In this document: piece after piece, positions 20,437 through 34,505 of the stretch
Layout: each line of letters starts with the position of its first letter
How positions within the stretch are numbered: the stretch's first letter is position 1
DNA from: Parvibaculum sp.
GTDB lineage: Bacteria; Pseudomonadota; Alphaproteobacteria; Parvibaculales; Parvibaculaceae
Assembly: GCA_019635965.1 (NCBI GenBank)
Contig: JAHBYK010000003.1
Coordinates: 10,386 to 74,385 of the forward strand
Direction: 5' to 3'
DNA length: 64,000 nt
Made by a program: the position numbers and the translations under genes
The notes under the pieces: model-generated
Seen by the model: only the letters and a program-made list of their open reading frames with translations
Told to the model about the DNA's origin: nothing
Databases searched by the model: none

Positions 20437-21864
20437 CTAGTTCCACACCTTCGGCTTGCGCCCCGCCCAGGGCAGCTCCTTTTCAAGCTGGGCGGCGAGG
20501 CGGAAGAGCGTCGCCTCGTCGGCATAACGGGCAGTGAACATCATGCCGATGGGCAACCCGCCTTCGGACTGCCAGAGCGGCAGGGAAAGCGAGGGCTGGC
20601 CGGTGAAATTGAAGGGCGGCGTATAGGGGAACACCTGGCCCTGCCGCTTGTTCAGTTCGCGTGGCTCCTGATCCGGCCCGAGGAAGCCGATTTCGGGCTG
20701 AAGCTGGCCGAGCACAGGGCAGAGATAGACGTCGAATTCCTCGAAGGTCGAGAGCACCTGCCGGTTCATCAGGCGGAGCTGCTGCCAGCCCCACATGGCC
20801 TGGGCGCCCGTGAGGCGGCTGCCATTCCGGAAGCCTGCCCAAGTGAGCGGTTCAAGCTCGAGTTCCTCCGGTTCGCGGCCCATGGCCTCGATCCGGCGCA
20901 TCATGCCAGCGGCGAAATTCGAGCCGGAGACGGCGCCTTGTGCGCGGTAAAGCGCACGGTAGTCGATGCCGAGGCCCCGCGGCGTCACCGAATGGCCGAG
21001 CTTTGAGAGCACATCCGCTGTCTTTTCGAGTGCCGCCTGAATTTCAGGGTGAATGGGCTTGCCACCGGGCGTTTCGGAGGACCAGGCGATCTTGAGCCTC
21101 CCGGGGCTGCGCGTGATTTCCTCCATATAGGGGCGCTCCTTGGGCGGCGGCGCGTAAGGCGAGGCGGGCTCCGGGTAGCCGGTTGCATCGAGCATGGCGG
21201 CACTGTCGCGCACGCTGCGGCTCACCACATGATCGACGCTGAAGCCGATGGCGCGGTCGAAATCGTCCGGTCCTTGCGGATTGCGATCGCGCGTGACCTT
21301 CAGTCCGACAAGGCCGCAGCAGGCGGCCGGAATACGGATCGAGCCAAGACCGTCCGATGCGTGGGCGAGGGGGAGAATGCCCGCGCCGACCGCAGACGCC
21401 GCGCCGCCGGACGAACCGCCGGAAATGCGGTTCGGGTCCCACGGATTTCGGCAGGGGCCAAGCAAGCGGGATTCCGTTGTGCCGGTGATGCCGTATTCCG
21501 GCGTGTTGGTCTTGCCAAAGAGGACCGTGCCCGCGGCGCGAAAGCGTTGCACCAAAGTGCTGTCGTGATCGTCCACGACATTGGCGACGAACCTGCTGCC
21601 GCTGGTGCGGGGCCAGCCTTTCACTTCGGTGCCAAGATCCTTGATGAGGAAGGGCACGCCCTTGAAGGGGCCGTCGGGGAGCTGGCCCTTGGCCGCTTCG
21701 CGGGCCTCGTCATAGGCCTTGTAGACGATGGCATTCAGCGTGCCGTTGTGGCGCTCGGCGCGCTCGATGGCGGCGTCTATCAGTTCGAGCGGCGTCACAT
21801 CGCCTTTCTTCACCAGCGCAGCGAGGCCGAGGCCGTCGTAGTCCGCATATTCGGCAAAGGACAT
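20437..21864 (-). CDS. Amidase-signature family enzyme (paralog 1)
   Basis: GVPFLIKD, GKTNTPE, SGGSSGGAA and SDGLGSIRIPA (Ser-cisSer-Lys triad); ATG at 21864 with GGGGAG Shine-Dalgarno. Confidence 0.93.
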   Translation of the reverse strand: MSFAEYADYDGLGLAALVKKGDVTPLELIDAAIERAERHNGTLNAIVYKAYDEAREAAKGQLPDGPFKGVPFLIKDLGTEVKGWPRTSGSRFVANVVDDHDSTLVQRFRAAGTVLFGKTNTPEYGITGTTESRLLGPCRNPWDPNRISGGSSGGAASAVGAGILPLAHASDGLGSIRIPAACCGLVGLKVTRDRNPQGPDDFDRAIGFSVDHVVSRSVRDSAAMLDATGYPEPASPYAPPPKERPYMEEITRSPGRLKIAWSSETPGGKPIHPEIQAALEKTADVLSKLGHSVTPRGLGIDYRALYRAQGAVSGSNFAAGMMRRIEAMGREPEELELEPLTWAGFRNGSRLTGAQAMWGWQQLRLMNRQVLSTFEEFDVYLCPVLGQLQPEIGFLGPDQEPRELNKRQGQVFPYTPPFNFTGQPSLSLPLWQSEGGLPIGMMFTARYADEATLFRLAAQLEKELPWAGRKPKVWN

Positions 21865-21882
21865 TTCTCTCCCCCTATTCAA

Positions 21883-23310
21883 TCAATTCCAGATGGACGG
21901 ATGACGATCCTTCCAGGGCATTTCCTGCTCAAGCTGTGCGGCGAGGCGGAACAGCGTTGCCTCGTCGCCGAAGCGCGCGGAGAACATCATGCCGATGGGC
22001 AATCCATCCGACGACATGCAGAGCGGCAGCGACATCGCGGGCTGGCCGGTGATGTTCTGGATTGGCGTGAAGGGCACATAATCGACCGCAGGCGCAAAGG
22101 CGGCGAACGGATCAGGCTCGTTCACATTGATGAGACCGAGCGGAATGGGCGGCGAGGCAAGCGTCGGTGTGAGCCAGACATCATGTTTTGTCATGAATTG
22201 ACCGAGCCGCCGGCCAAGGCCCTGCGCTTCCTTCACCAGAATGAGATATTGCGAGGCGGTGATGGTCTTGCCGATTTCCCAGAGGCCGCGTGTCAGCGGC
22301 TCGAGCTCGTCGTCCTTGGGTCCGCGGCCGCGCCGCGCCGTCTCAAGATCGATTTCGGAAGCGAGCCACGCTGCCCAGATCGGCAGAAAGAGACTGCCTG
22401 GTTCTTCGGGCTTCAGCGGCGGCATTGCCTCATCGACGTCATGGCCGAGGCTTGCGAGCTTTGCTGCGACCTGTTCAACGGCCTTCACATTTTCCGGGTG
22501 AAGCGGTGTGCCCGCTGCATTCACCTTGCTGAAGGCGATGCGGAGCTTTCCGGGTGCGCGCGAGACTTCTTCGAGGAAGGGCCGCTCGACCGGCGGCGCG
22601 ACATAGGGTGCGCCGGGCTCCTGACCGTGAATGCAGTCGAGCATGGCGGCGCAGTCGCGCACAGTGCGCGTCACCACATGTTCGTGGCAGAGGCCGCTCA
22701 GCACATCGCCATAGTCCGGGCCGAGCGATGTGCGCGCCCGTGTCGGCTTGAGGCCGACGACGCCGCAGCTCGATGCAGGGATGCGGATCGAACCGCCGCT
22801 GTCATTCGCATGGGCGAGGGGAACGATACCGGCTGCAACCGCCGCCGACGAACCGCCCGACGAACCGCCTGTCGAATGTTTCACGTTCCACGGATTGCGG
22901 GCGGGCCCATAAAGCGCGGACTCGGTCGTCGGCAGTAGCGTGAATTCCGGCACATTCGTCTTGCCGAGAAAGGTCAGGCCGGAGGCGCGGAAACGCTTTG
23001 CGAGATCGCTGTCTTCTGTGGCGGGGGTGTTCGCCCGGAAGCGCGAGCCGAGACGGCTCGGATATCCCTTGATGTCGCCAAATGCGTCCTTCAGGAGAAA
23101 CGGGACGCCCTTGAACGGACCATCTGCCGGAGATTTCGCCATCTCCCGGCCGAGATCATAGAGCTTGAGGATGACGGCATTGATCGACGGATTGTGTCTT
23201 TCGATCCGGGCGATGGCCTCTTCCGCAAGCTCGGCGGGGCTCACTTCTCCCTTGCGAACAAGCGCCGCCAGCCCGAGGCCGTCAAAAGATGCGTAGTCGG
23301 GAAATCCCAT
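21883..23310 (-). CDS. Amidase-signature family enzyme (paralog 2)
   Basis: [24 protein letters not shown] and [11 protein letters not shown]. Confidence 0.93.
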   Translation of the reverse strand: MGFPDYASFDGLGLAALVRKGEVSPAELAEEAIARIERHNPSINAVILKLYDLGREMAKSPADGPFKGVPFLLKDAFGDIKGYPSRLGSRFRANTPATEDSDLAKRFRASGLTFLGKTNVPEFTLLPTTESALYGPARNPWNVKHSTGGSSGGSSAAVAAGIVPLAHANDSGGSIRIPASSCGVVGLKPTRARTSLGPDYGDVLSGLCHEHVVTRTVRDCAAMLDCIHGQEPGAPYVAPPVERPFLEEVSRAPGKLRIAFSKVNAAGTPLHPENVKAVEQVAAKLASLGHDVDEAMPPLKPEEPGSLFLPIWAAWLASEIDLETARRGRGPKDDELEPLTRGLWEIGKTITASQYLILVKEAQGLGRRLGQFMTKHDVWLTPTLASPPIPLGLINVNEPDPFAAFAPAVDYVPFTPIQNITGQPAMSLPLCMSSDGLPIGMMFSARFGDEATLFRLAAQLEQEMPWKDRHPSIWN

Positions 23311-23373
23311 TGGCGCCTGCTCCCTCCAGGTTCTTGTTGAAGAAAGCTTAGCCGCAGACGCCGCTGCGTCAAA

Positions 23374-25503
23374 TTACGCCTTTTCAGCGTCAGGGGATGC
23401 TTTCCAGGGATAAGGAGGCGGCCCTTCAAATTCCGGCTCCGGACGCGCCGGTTCTGTGCCGCCCTCCCAGGCGGGCAAATGGAAACGCGCCCGGCGCATC
23501 ACGGCAGAACCTTCGGGTCCCTCATCGCGCATGACATTGCCGACATTCACCTGTTCGACGGTCATGTCATCTTCGTTCAGCGTCACCACCGTGTAGCCAT
23601 GCGCATCGGAGTCCATGTAGTCGAGGCCGGGGCTCGCGCGTTCATTACGGACGAGATCGAAGAGATATTCCGAACTCGTGTAATTCACGAGGATGCCGGC
23701 CCGCAGACCATTCACCAGCGTATTGTTCCAATTTTCCCGCTTGGCACCATTGTCATCCAGCGTGACCGCGCGATGGAAGAAGCCGCTGTTCTTCGTTCCC
23801 CGGTCGGCCATCGCATACATGGAACCTGAGCTGATCGCCGCCGTAACGAACTCAGGAACCGCGTAGTCCAATTCAGCTGCATCCGGGTCGACAGGCAAAC
23901 GGCCGGCTGCGAATGTATGATAGTCACCAGCGATCGAGACGGTGTTGCCAATGCCTTCATCCTTGATGAAGCGAAGCAGCTCCCTCAGTTCGCCGGGATA
24001 GCCCTGCCAGGCATCGGTGCCGACATAGCCATCCTCAAGACCGGCAAAGGGAATACGCGAGAAGTCGAGACGCATCTGCAATGCCGGGCCGCCGTTCGCC
24101 CAAATGCGCCATCTTGCCTTCGAGGCCTTCATAACCTGCTTGAACCAGGCTTTCTGCGCCGCGCCCATCTGTGTGCCGGGTGGTGCGTCCTTGCGCGGGT
24201 TCGCTAGTTCCTTGTCGCCATAGCTGATGGTTTCGGGGGGATTGCCGCCATTCGCGGTTCGTCCGGCATCGAGAATTTGCACGATGCGGACCGGCGGCAT
24301 TGGCGCGCCCTTGATAAGGGCTTTCATTTCTTCCGTGATCACGGGCGGGCTTCGGTAAGAGCGAAGATCCGTCAATACGAGATCGAGCATCGCACCCCAG
24401 CGAAGCGTTCGATAGATCGTCAGGCTCGAAACGGCTTTCAGACTGTCGCCCTGATAGAGCCAGTTATCGTCGTGTTCGCCAAGCGGTGCGTTCTCGACGC
24501 GCGCATTCCGGAAATCGTGAGCCTGCGAGGCAATGCCGTTAAACGCGCGTACGCGCGTCAGAACCGCGGGAATGAATTCAAACCAGGCCCGGTTGGCCGC
24601 GAGCTTGCGCTTCTGCGCCGGTTCGCCATCGCCGAAATAGGTTTCGTGTGCCTGCCATGAATCGTTCGTGAATTCATGGTCGTCCCATGTATGCACGAAG
24701 GGAAAGCGGGCGCGCGCTGCCTGCAAATCCGGATCGGTGAGATAGAGCTTGTAGAGGTGACGATAGTCGGCGAGCGATACGGCCGCCTGACTTCCTTTCT
24801 GCCAATGCGTCATGGTTCCGTCCGGGACCCATGGTTCGGATCCATCCGGGAGAGGACCAATCAGGCGGGCGGGCTGCTGCTCCTCCGGAACGTCGCCGGT
24901 CCGTTCATAGATGAAGTCACCGAGATGCAGCACGAAGTCGATCTGCTCGCCGGATGCTGCCGCGATGTCGTCATTCACGAGGCGGCGCAAGGCGCCGAAA
25001 TATCCCTGCTCGTAGTTCTGGCAGGAGACGGCCGCAAAGCGCACCTTGCGCGATGTGCCGGGGCGCGGCGCGGTTCGCGTGCGGCCGGGCAGAGGCGACT
25101 GATCGCGGCCGGCGTGAAAGCGATAGTAATAGACGGTGTCCGGGGCGAGGCCCTGGACGAAGACGCGGACCGTATGATCCGAGGATCGGCTTGCACGGAC
25201 GGCCTGCTCCACAACCACGCGCTCGAAGTTTTCGTCCGTTGCGACCTGGAGGTAGAGATCGATGTCGCCGTTCGGGAGAGCGGCGCCGGGATCAAGTGCT
25301 TCGACCCGCGTCCACAGCATCACCGCGTCCGGCTGCGGATCGCCGGAAGCAAGCCCTTGGGGGAAGTGGAAGGAAAATGGCGCCGCCTTGGCATGACCCA
25401 GGCGCGGCAGGAACGGCGTGGCGGCAGCGGTGACAGCGAAACAACCCGCCGTCGCCGCAAACAATCTCAGAAATTCACGACGGTCCAGCGACACTTCCGA
25501 CAT
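23374..25503 (-). CDS. phoD: PhoD-family alkaline phosphatase/phosphodiesterase, Tat-exported
   Basis: DRREFL Tat motif; FPQGLASGDP, HLGDFIYE, WDDHEF, DAWQGY and GDYH. Confidence 0.9.
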   Translation of the reverse strand: MSEVSLDRREFLRLFAATAGCFAVTAAATPFLPRLGHAKAAPFSFHFPQGLASGDPQPDAVMLWTRVEALDPGAALPNGDIDLYLQVATDENFERVVVEQAVRASRSSDHTVRVFVQGLAPDTVYYYRFHAGRDQSPLPGRTRTAPRPGTSRKVRFAAVSCQNYEQGYFGALRRLVNDDIAAASGEQIDFVLHLGDFIYERTGDVPEEQQPARLIGPLPDGSEPWVPDGTMTHWQKGSQAAVSLADYRHLYKLYLTDPDLQAARARFPFVHTWDDHEFTNDSWQAHETYFGDGEPAQKRKLAANRAWFEFIPAVLTRVRAFNGIASQAHDFRNARVENAPLGEHDDNWLYQGDSLKAVSSLTIYRTLRWGAMLDLVLTDLRSYRSPPVITEEMKALIKGAPMPPVRIVQILDAGRTANGGNPPETISYGDKELANPRKDAPPGTQMGAAQKAWFKQVMKASKARWRIWANGGPALQMRLDFSRIPFAGLEDGYVGTDAWQGYPGELRELLRFIKDEGIGNTVSIAGDYHTFAAGRLPVDPDAAELDYAVPEFVTAAISSGSMYAMADRGTKNSGFFHRAVTLDDNGAKRENWNNTLVNGLRAGILVNYTSSEYLFDLVRNERASPGLDYMDSDAHGYTVVTLNEDDMTVEQVNVGNVMRDEGPEGSAVMRRARFHLPAWEGGTEPARPEPEFEGPPPYPWKASPDAEKA

Positions 25504-25583
25504 AGCCCCGGCTCCCCATCACTCCACTTGCCCATGCGACCTTATAGAGAATTTGACGGCCGGCCGGAAATGTCAGTTTTGCT

Positions 25584-28577
<2,994 letters not shown>

Positions 28578-28667
28578 CGGGCCGGAACTTTCACGGGCGC
28601 GGCCAGCCCTGCAGGCGGCGCGGGACTTGTGTTCAAGGGGATTGCGGCTTGGTCTCAGGCATCATGT

Positions 28668-28694
28668 ATGTAGGGCGGCGCCCTCCGCTTCAAG
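28668..28694 (-). promoter_or_regulatory. Putative RpoH-like promoter of uvrA
   Basis: Minus strand CTTGAA-N14-CCTACAT, about 90 nt upstream of the uvrA ATG. Confidence 0.45.
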
Positions 28695-28766
28695 GCCGGG
28701 AAAGTTACGGAGGCGGAAAAGAATCGGATGTCTCAAAATCATCTTGCCCGAAATCACGCCAAATGA

Positions 28767-28781
28767 GAACATATGGCGAAC
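28767..28781. promoter_or_regulatory. Alphaproteobacterial LexA (SOS) box
   Basis: GAAC-ATATGGC-GAAC is an exact GAAC-N7-GAAC match in the divergent uvrA/ssb intergenic region. Confidence 0.85.
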
Positions 28782-28965
28782 AAATGAGACGGTTTCCGGG
28801 ACGGTGCCATAAGCATCGGCCTGAATCTGGAGTTCGCCGATGGACCTTCACTGTCGCGTGCTTCGGCGTTTGATCCACAGGTTTTTTGAGCGGGGTGCTG
28901 GCCTCCCGTGACAGTGGGGGCTAGGGTCCGGCGCAGAGAGATAATTCCAGCGAGGCGAGACCGAC

Positions 28966-29439
28966 ATGGCAGGCAGCGTCAACAAGGTGATCCTGGTGGG
29001 CAATCTGGGGGCCGATCCGGAAATCCGCCGCACACAGGACGGCCGGCCGATCGCCAATCTGCGGATCGCAACGTCGGAAACCTGGCGCGACAAGAACACG
29101 GGTGAGCGCCGCGAAAAGACCGAGTGGCACCGCGTTGTCGTGTTCAATGAAGGTCTCTGCAAGGTTGTCGAGCAGTACCTGAAAAAGGGTTCGAAGGTCT
29201 ATATCGAGGGTGCGTTGCAGACGCGCAAATGGACCGATCAGTCGGGCCAGGAGCGTTATTCGACGGAAGTCGTGCTGCAGGGGTTCAACTCGGTTCTGAC
29301 CATGCTGGACGGCCGCTCCGGCGGCGGTTCGGGCGGCGGCGAATATGGCGGCTCGGACGATTACGGCAGCAGCTCATCGGGCGGCGGCGGTGGCCGGGGC
29401 AATTTCTCGCAAGACCTCGACGACGAAATTCCGTTCTGA
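28966..29439 (+). CDS. ssb: Single-stranded DNA-binding protein
   Basis: [23 protein letters not shown] and acidic tip DDEIPF. Confidence 0.99.
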   Translation: MAGSVNKVILVGNLGADPEIRRTQDGRPIANLRIATSETWRDKNTGERREKTEWHRVVVFNEGLCKVVEQYLKKGSKVYIEGALQTRKWTDQSGQERYSTEVVLQGFNSVLTMLDGRSGGGSGGGEYGGSDDYGSSSSGGGGGRGNFSQDLDDEIPF

Positions 29440-29482
29440 CGCGCGTCACAATTCGGAGCGGATGCCTTTGTAGCCTCGCATC

Positions 29483-30343
29483 ATGCTCCACATTCTCGAA
29501 ACGCTCAGCGATCCAGGCGATCCCGGCAAGGCGAATGAAGACGCATTCGGCTATGCGGGCGGTCATCTATGGGTGATCGACGGGGCGACGGACGTTGCCG
29601 ACGGGCCGCTGATCGGGAGCGAGACGGGCGCGCATTGGCTGGCGCAACGGGCGAGCCGGCTGTTCGCCGGGCTCGCGGCGCGGCATGGGGCCGATCTTCG
29701 CGGACTGGTACGGGAAACGCTCGAGGCGCTTCAGCGCGATTTCGAGCAGGAACGCCTGCGGGTGCCGAACGGGCGGCATGAATGGCCGAGCGCGGCGATG
29801 ATGCTTCTCCATGCGAGCGAGGGCTGGATCAGGGCGGCCAATTTTGCCGATTGCGGGCTGGTGCTGCTGGCGGACGGGGCGGCGCAGGCGCAGATTTTCG
29901 GCGCGCAGCACAATTCGCGCGAGGCGCGTGCCGTCAGCCGCACGGCTTCGCTCATTCGCGCGCTGGCGCCGGGCGAGGAGCCTTTCGGTAATGCCGCCGT
30001 GATGGACTATCTGCGGGCAGCGCGGCGGCGGCAGAATAGCAAAGAGGGCTACTGGATTCTCGGCATTGACCCTGAAGCGGCGGCACATGTGCGGCTGGCC
30101 GGATTTCCGCTTTCACGCCCCGCGACGGGGCTCGTTTTCAGCGATGGTTTCGGTTCGCTTGTCTTCGACTATCACCGGTATGAACCGGCCGATTTCGTAC
30201 GCCGCGCAGCTGCCGAGGGGCTTCAGCCATTGCTTGCCGAGATCAGAAAGATCGAGCGCGAGGAGGATCCCGCCTGCCTTCTCTGGCCGCGTTTCAAGCG
30301 CCACGACGACGCCACCGCGATCCTGTTCCGGGTGGAACCCTGA
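29483..30343 (+). CDS. PP2C/PPM-like phosphatase domain protein
   Basis: NEDA, VIDGA, ADC, FSDGF and HDDAT motifs in PPM order. Confidence 0.78.
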   Translation: MLHILETLSDPGDPGKANEDAFGYAGGHLWVIDGATDVADGPLIGSETGAHWLAQRASRLFAGLAARHGADLRGLVRETLEALQRDFEQERLRVPNGRHEWPSAAMMLLHASEGWIRAANFADCGLVLLADGAAQAQIFGAQHNSREARAVSRTASLIRALAPGEEPFGNAAVMDYLRAARRRQNSKEGYWILGIDPEAAAHVRLAGFPLSRPATGLVFSDGFGSLVFDYHRYEPADFVRRAAAEGLQPLLAEIRKIEREEDPACLLWPRFKRHDDATAILFRVEP

Positions 30344-30576
30344 GAGGCCGGCACACAGGCTTCCGCTGTCGCCAATTTCTCTTTAATTTCAGTGAGTTAT
30401 GGAGCGTTCTCCGGCGTGAATGAAGTTGCCGTGACACGCGGAAACTGATATTGTTTCAAGCCATAAACGAGAGGGATTCGGCGGCTGCCGGAGAACCTCT
30501 TTTTTCGTTCCTTCAGGGGCCGCGCGAGGCCGGATCCTATCCGCCGCCGCCGCTCGTTACAGCGTCAGAAAAACAC

Positions 30577-33417
30577 TTGTCCGATACTCAAGACAACGAC
30601 ATTCCGGGTGACGAGCCGGGCCCGGGCGACGATACCGGTGTGGACGATTTGAACGGTTCGGGAGGCGGGAAGCCGCCGGCAGGATCGTCTTCGGATGGCC
30701 CGCCGCCGGAGCGCGACGTCTCGCCCATTTCCATCGAAGAGGAGATGCGCTCGTCCTATCTCGATTACGCGATGAGCGTGATCGTGAGCCGCGCGCTACC
30801 CGATGCGCGGGACGGCCTGAAGCCCGTGCATCGCCGCATCCTGTTCTCGATGAACGAGAACGGCTACGACTGGAACAAACCCTATCGCAAATCGGCCCGC
30901 GTGGTCGGCGATGTGATCGGTAAGTATCACCCGCATGGCGATCAGTCGATCTATGACGCGCTGGTGCGCATGGCGCAGGATTTTTCCATGCGCCTGCCGC
31001 TGCTGGACGGGCAGGGCAATTTCGGTTCGGTGGACGGCGATCCGCCCGCCGCGATGCGTTACACGGAAGTGCGCATGGCGAAGGCAGCTCATGCGCTGCT
31101 GAACGACATCGACAAGAATACGATCGACTTCAAGGACAATTACGACGGCACCGAGAAGGAGCCTGTCGTCCTTCCAGCCGAACTGCCGAACCTGCTGGTC
31201 AACGGCGCGAACGGCATTGCCGTCGGCATGGCGACCAATATCCCGCCGCACAATCTCGGTGAGGTGATCGACGCCTGTATTGCGCTGATCGATAATCCGG
31301 CGATCACCATCGACGAATTGATCGAGCATGTGCCGGCGCCGGATTTTCCGACGGGCGGCATCATGCTCGGGCGCCAGGGCGCGCGCTCGGCCTATCACAC
31401 GGGCCGAGGCTCCATCGTGGTACGCGGCCGGGTCGACATCGAGGAGGTTCGCAAGGACCGCCAGGCGATCATCATCACCGAAATTCCCTATCAGGTGAAC
31501 AAGGCCTCGATGGTCGAGAAGATCGCCGAACTCGTCCGCGAGAAACGTATCGATGGCATTGCCGATCTGCGCGACGAGTCCGACCGCAATGGCATGCGCG
31601 TGGTGGTGGAGCTGAAGCGCGATGCGGTGCCCGATGTGGTGCTGAACCAGCTTTATCGTTTCTCCCCGTTGCAGCAAAGTTTCGGCGCGAACATGCTGGC
31701 GCTCGATCACGGGCGGCCGGAGCTGATGAACCTCAAGCAGTTCCTCGAGATATTCGTACGCTTCCGCGAGGAAGTAATCTCGAGGCGCACGAAGTTCGAG
31801 CTGGCCAAGGCCCGCGACCGGGCTCATGTGCTGGTCGGTCTTGCGATTGCCGTGGCGAATATCGACGAAGTCATCAAGCTCATCCGCACGGCGCCAGATC
31901 CCGCATCGGCGCGCGAGTCCCTGATGGCGCGCGACTGGCCGGCGGCCGATATTGCGCCGCTGATCGCGCTGATCGACGATCCGCGCCATCGCCTCACCGA
32001 AGGCGGCACGATCCGCATGTCGGAAGAGCAGGCAAAGGCGATCCTCGATCTCCGTCTGCAACGCCTCACCGCGCTTGGCCGTGACGAAATCGGCGATGAG
32101 CTGAAAGGGCTTGGCGAGAAGATTGCCGATTATCTCGACATTCTTCGTTCGCGCGACCGCGTGCTCGGCATCATGCGCGAGGAGCTGACCGCAATCAAAA
32201 GCGAGTTCGCAACGCCGCGCCGCACCGAAATTACCGAGGCGGGCGACGATTTCGAGGATGAGGATCTCATTCAGCGCGAGGATATGGTCGTTACCGTGAG
32301 TCATCACGGCTATATCAAGCGCGTACCGCTTTCGACCTACCGCGCGCAACGCCGCGGCGGCAAGGGCCGCGCCGGCATGTCGACGAAGGAAGAGGATTTC
32401 GTTACCCGGCTTTTCGTCGCCAACACGCACACGCCCGTGCTGTTCTTCTCGTCAACCGGCATGGTCTACAAGCTGAAGGTCTGGCGCTTGCCGCAATCGA
32501 CGCCACAGGCGCGCGGCAAAGCGATGATCAACATCCTGCCGCTGAAACAGGGCGAGACCATCACCACCGTCATGCCGATGCCGGAAGACGAGGCAAGCTG
32601 GGACAGTCTTCATGTGATGTTCGCAACGCGGAATGGCGGCGTCAGACGCAACAAGCTGTCGGATTTCGTACAGATCAACCGCAATGGCAAGATCGCAATG
32701 AAGTTCGAGGGCGACGACGCAGATGACTCCATCATCGGCGTGCAGATATGCACTGAGGATGACGATGTGCTTCTGACCGCCGCAGGCGGCCGGTCGGCGC
32801 GATTTGCAGTAGCGGATGTGCGCGTCTTTGCGGGACGGACCTCGACGGGCGTGCGCGGTATCAAGCTCGATGATGGCGATCATGTAATTGCCATGTCGAT
32901 CCTCCGGCATGTCGAGGTCACAAGCGCCGAGCGCGAGGCCTATCTCAAGCAGGCGGCTGCGATGCGCCGGGCGATGTCCGGTGAGGCCGAGGCGGATGAA
33001 GGCCCGTCAAGGACCGATGACGAGGACGCGGATGACGCGCCATCGGAGGAGCTGACACTTTCGCCCGAGCGCTACGCAGAGCTTGGCGCCAAGGAGCAGT
33101 TCGTGCTCGCCGTGACGGAGCGTGGCTTCGGACGCCGCTCATCATCCTATCGCTATCCCGCCAAGGGGCGTGGCGGCAAGGGCGTGATCGCGATGGATAT
33201 CACGGAGCGCAACGGCAACCTCATTGCTTCCTTCCCTGTGGAGGATGACGACCAGATCATGCTGGTCACCGATGCGGGCCAGCTGATCCGCTGCCCTGTG
33301 AACGATATTTCGATCCAGGCACGCGGCACACAAGGCGTAACCATATTCCGCACCGACCCCGGCGAGCGCGTCGTCTCCGTGGAGCGCGTGGAGGAAACCG
33401 GATCGGACGAGGAATAG
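30577..33417 (+). CDS. gyrA: DNA gyrase subunit A
   Basis: [28 protein letters not shown] and GyrA-box QRRGGKG. Start uncertain: TTG at 30577 chosen, ORF open from 30451. Confidence 0.97.
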   Translation: MSDTQDNDIPGDEPGPGDDTGVDDLNGSGGGKPPAGSSSDGPPPERDVSPISIEEEMRSSYLDYAMSVIVSRALPDARDGLKPVHRRILFSMNENGYDWNKPYRKSARVVGDVIGKYHPHGDQSIYDALVRMAQDFSMRLPLLDGQGNFGSVDGDPPAAMRYTEVRMAKAAHALLNDIDKNTIDFKDNYDGTEKEPVVLPAELPNLLVNGANGIAVGMATNIPPHNLGEVIDACIALIDNPAITIDELIEHVPAPDFPTGGIMLGRQGARSAYHTGRGSIVVRGRVDIEEVRKDRQAIIITEIPYQVNKASMVEKIAELVREKRIDGIADLRDESDRNGMRVVVELKRDAVPDVVLNQLYRFSPLQQSFGANMLALDHGRPELMNLKQFLEIFVRFREEVISRRTKFELAKARDRAHVLVGLAIAVANIDEVIKLIRTAPDPASARESLMARDWPAADIAPLIALIDDPRHRLTEGGTIRMSEEQAKAILDLRLQRLTALGRDEIGDELKGLGEKIADYLDILRSRDRVLGIMREELTAIKSEFATPRRTEITEAGDDFEDEDLIQREDMVVTVSHHGYIKRVPLSTYRAQRRGGKGRAGMSTKEEDFVTRLFVANTHTPVLFFSSTGMVYKLKVWRLPQSTPQARGKAMINILPLKQGETITTVMPMPEDEASWDSLHVMFATRNGGVRRNKLSDFVQINRNGKIAMKFEGDDADDSIIGVQICTEDDDVLLTAAGGRSARFAVADVRVFAGRTSTGVRGIKLDDGDHVIAMSILRHVEVTSAEREAYLKQAAAMRRAMSGEAEADEGPSRTDDEDADDAPSEELTLSPERYAELGAKEQFVLAVTERGFGRRSSSYRYPAKGRGGKGVIAMDITERNGNLIASFPVEDDDQIMLVTDAGQLIRCPVNDISIQARGTQGVTIFRTDPGERVVSVERVEETGSDEE

Positions 33418-33426
33418 GAGAACTCC

Positions 33427-33939
33427 ATGGCGCGCATCGGCCTTTATCCCGGCACGTTCGATCCGATGACGAACGGCCATCTCGACGTGATCCGCCGTTC
33501 GCTCAGACTGGTCGATCATCTCATTGTCGCGATCGGCATCAATGCGACCAAGGTGCCGCTGTTGTCGCTCGAGGAGCGGTTGGCGCTGATCGAAAAGGAA
33601 GCGGCTCCCGCGGCGAAGAAGCTCGGAGCGAAGATCTCGACGGCTTTGTTTTCCGGGCTGGTGGTCGATGCAGCCGATGAATTCGGCGCAAGTGTCATCA
33701 TTCGCGGATTGCGCGGCGCAGTCGATTTCGAATACGAGACGCAGATGGTTGGCATGAACAGGGTCATGAACCCGAAAGTGGAAACCGTGTTTCTCGCGGC
33801 ATCGCCCGAGACGCAGTTCATTTCGTCGACGCTTGTGCGGCAGATCGCCGGCATGGGCGGGGATATCACGCCTTTCGTGCCCGCTTCGGTGAAGAAGAAG
33901 GTGCTGGCCGCTGTGGCGAAGCAGAAGAAAAAGGGTTGA
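33427..33939 (+). CDS. coaD: Phosphopantetheine adenylyltransferase
   Basis: YPGTFDPMTNGHLD, IRGLR..DFEYE and ISSTLVRQIA. Confidence 0.97.
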   Translation: MARIGLYPGTFDPMTNGHLDVIRRSLRLVDHLIVAIGINATKVPLLSLEERLALIEKEAAPAAKKLGAKISTALFSGLVVDAADEFGASVIIRGLRGAVDFEYETQMVGMNRVMNPKVETVFLAASPETQFISSTLVRQIAGMGGDITPFVPASVKKKVLAAVAKQKKKG

Positions 33940-33950
33940 AGGAGTCAATC

Positions 33951-34487
33951 ATGCGTGGACTGAAAGCGGCGCTTATCGCGCTTTTTGCCCTGACAGGGTT
34001 TGCGGCGGCGGCGCAGGCAGCGGACCCCGAAAACACGATCTACCTCGACCTGAAGGATGGCCGGGTCGTGATCGAGCTGCTACCGGAGATCGCGCCGCTT
34101 CACGCCCAGCGCATCAAGGAGCTTTCGCGCGAAGGCTTCTATAATGGCGTTGTCTTTCATCGCGTGATCCCCGGTTTCATGGCCCAGACGGGCGATCCCA
34201 CGGGCACAGGCATGGGCGGATCGTTCAAACCGGACGTGAAACTCGAAGCCAGCAACAGGGTGAGCTTCATTCGCGGCACGGTCGGCATGGCGCGGGCAGC
34301 TAACCCCAACAGCGCCAACAGCCAGTTCTTCATCGTGACGGAAGATTCAACCTTCCTCGACGGGAACTACACGCTGTTCGGCCGCGTCATCGAAGGCATG
34401 GAATATGTCGACATGATTGCGCCCGGCGAGCCGCCGGCCAATCCGGACAAGATCGTCAAAATGCAGGTTGCGGCAGACGCCGAGTAA
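33951..34487 (+). CDS. Cyclophilin-type PPIase, periplasmic (signal peptide)
   Basis: Signal peptide ending AQA; FHRVIPGFMAQTGDP, MAR and SQFFI. Confidence 0.93.
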   Translation: MRGLKAALIALFALTGFAAAAQAADPENTIYLDLKDGRVVIELLPEIAPLHAQRIKELSREGFYNGVVFHRVIPGFMAQTGDPTGTGMGGSFKPDVKLEASNRVSFIRGTVGMARAANPNSANSQFFIVTEDSTFLDGNYTLFGRVIEGMEYVDMIAPGEPPANPDKIVKMQVAADAE

Positions 34488-34505
34488 CACGGAATCGAGA
34501 AAGAC

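Noticed and set aside
25504-25583. Possible Pho box (CTGACAT...CCGTCAA) upstream of phoD
   Set aside because: The half-sites are 17 nt apart rather than in 11-bp register.
30451-33417. Acidic N-terminal extension and C-terminal-domain insertion in GyrA (intein?)
   Set aside because: Low-complexity segments without intein or homing-endonuclease motifs; part of the extension reflects start-codon uncertainty.
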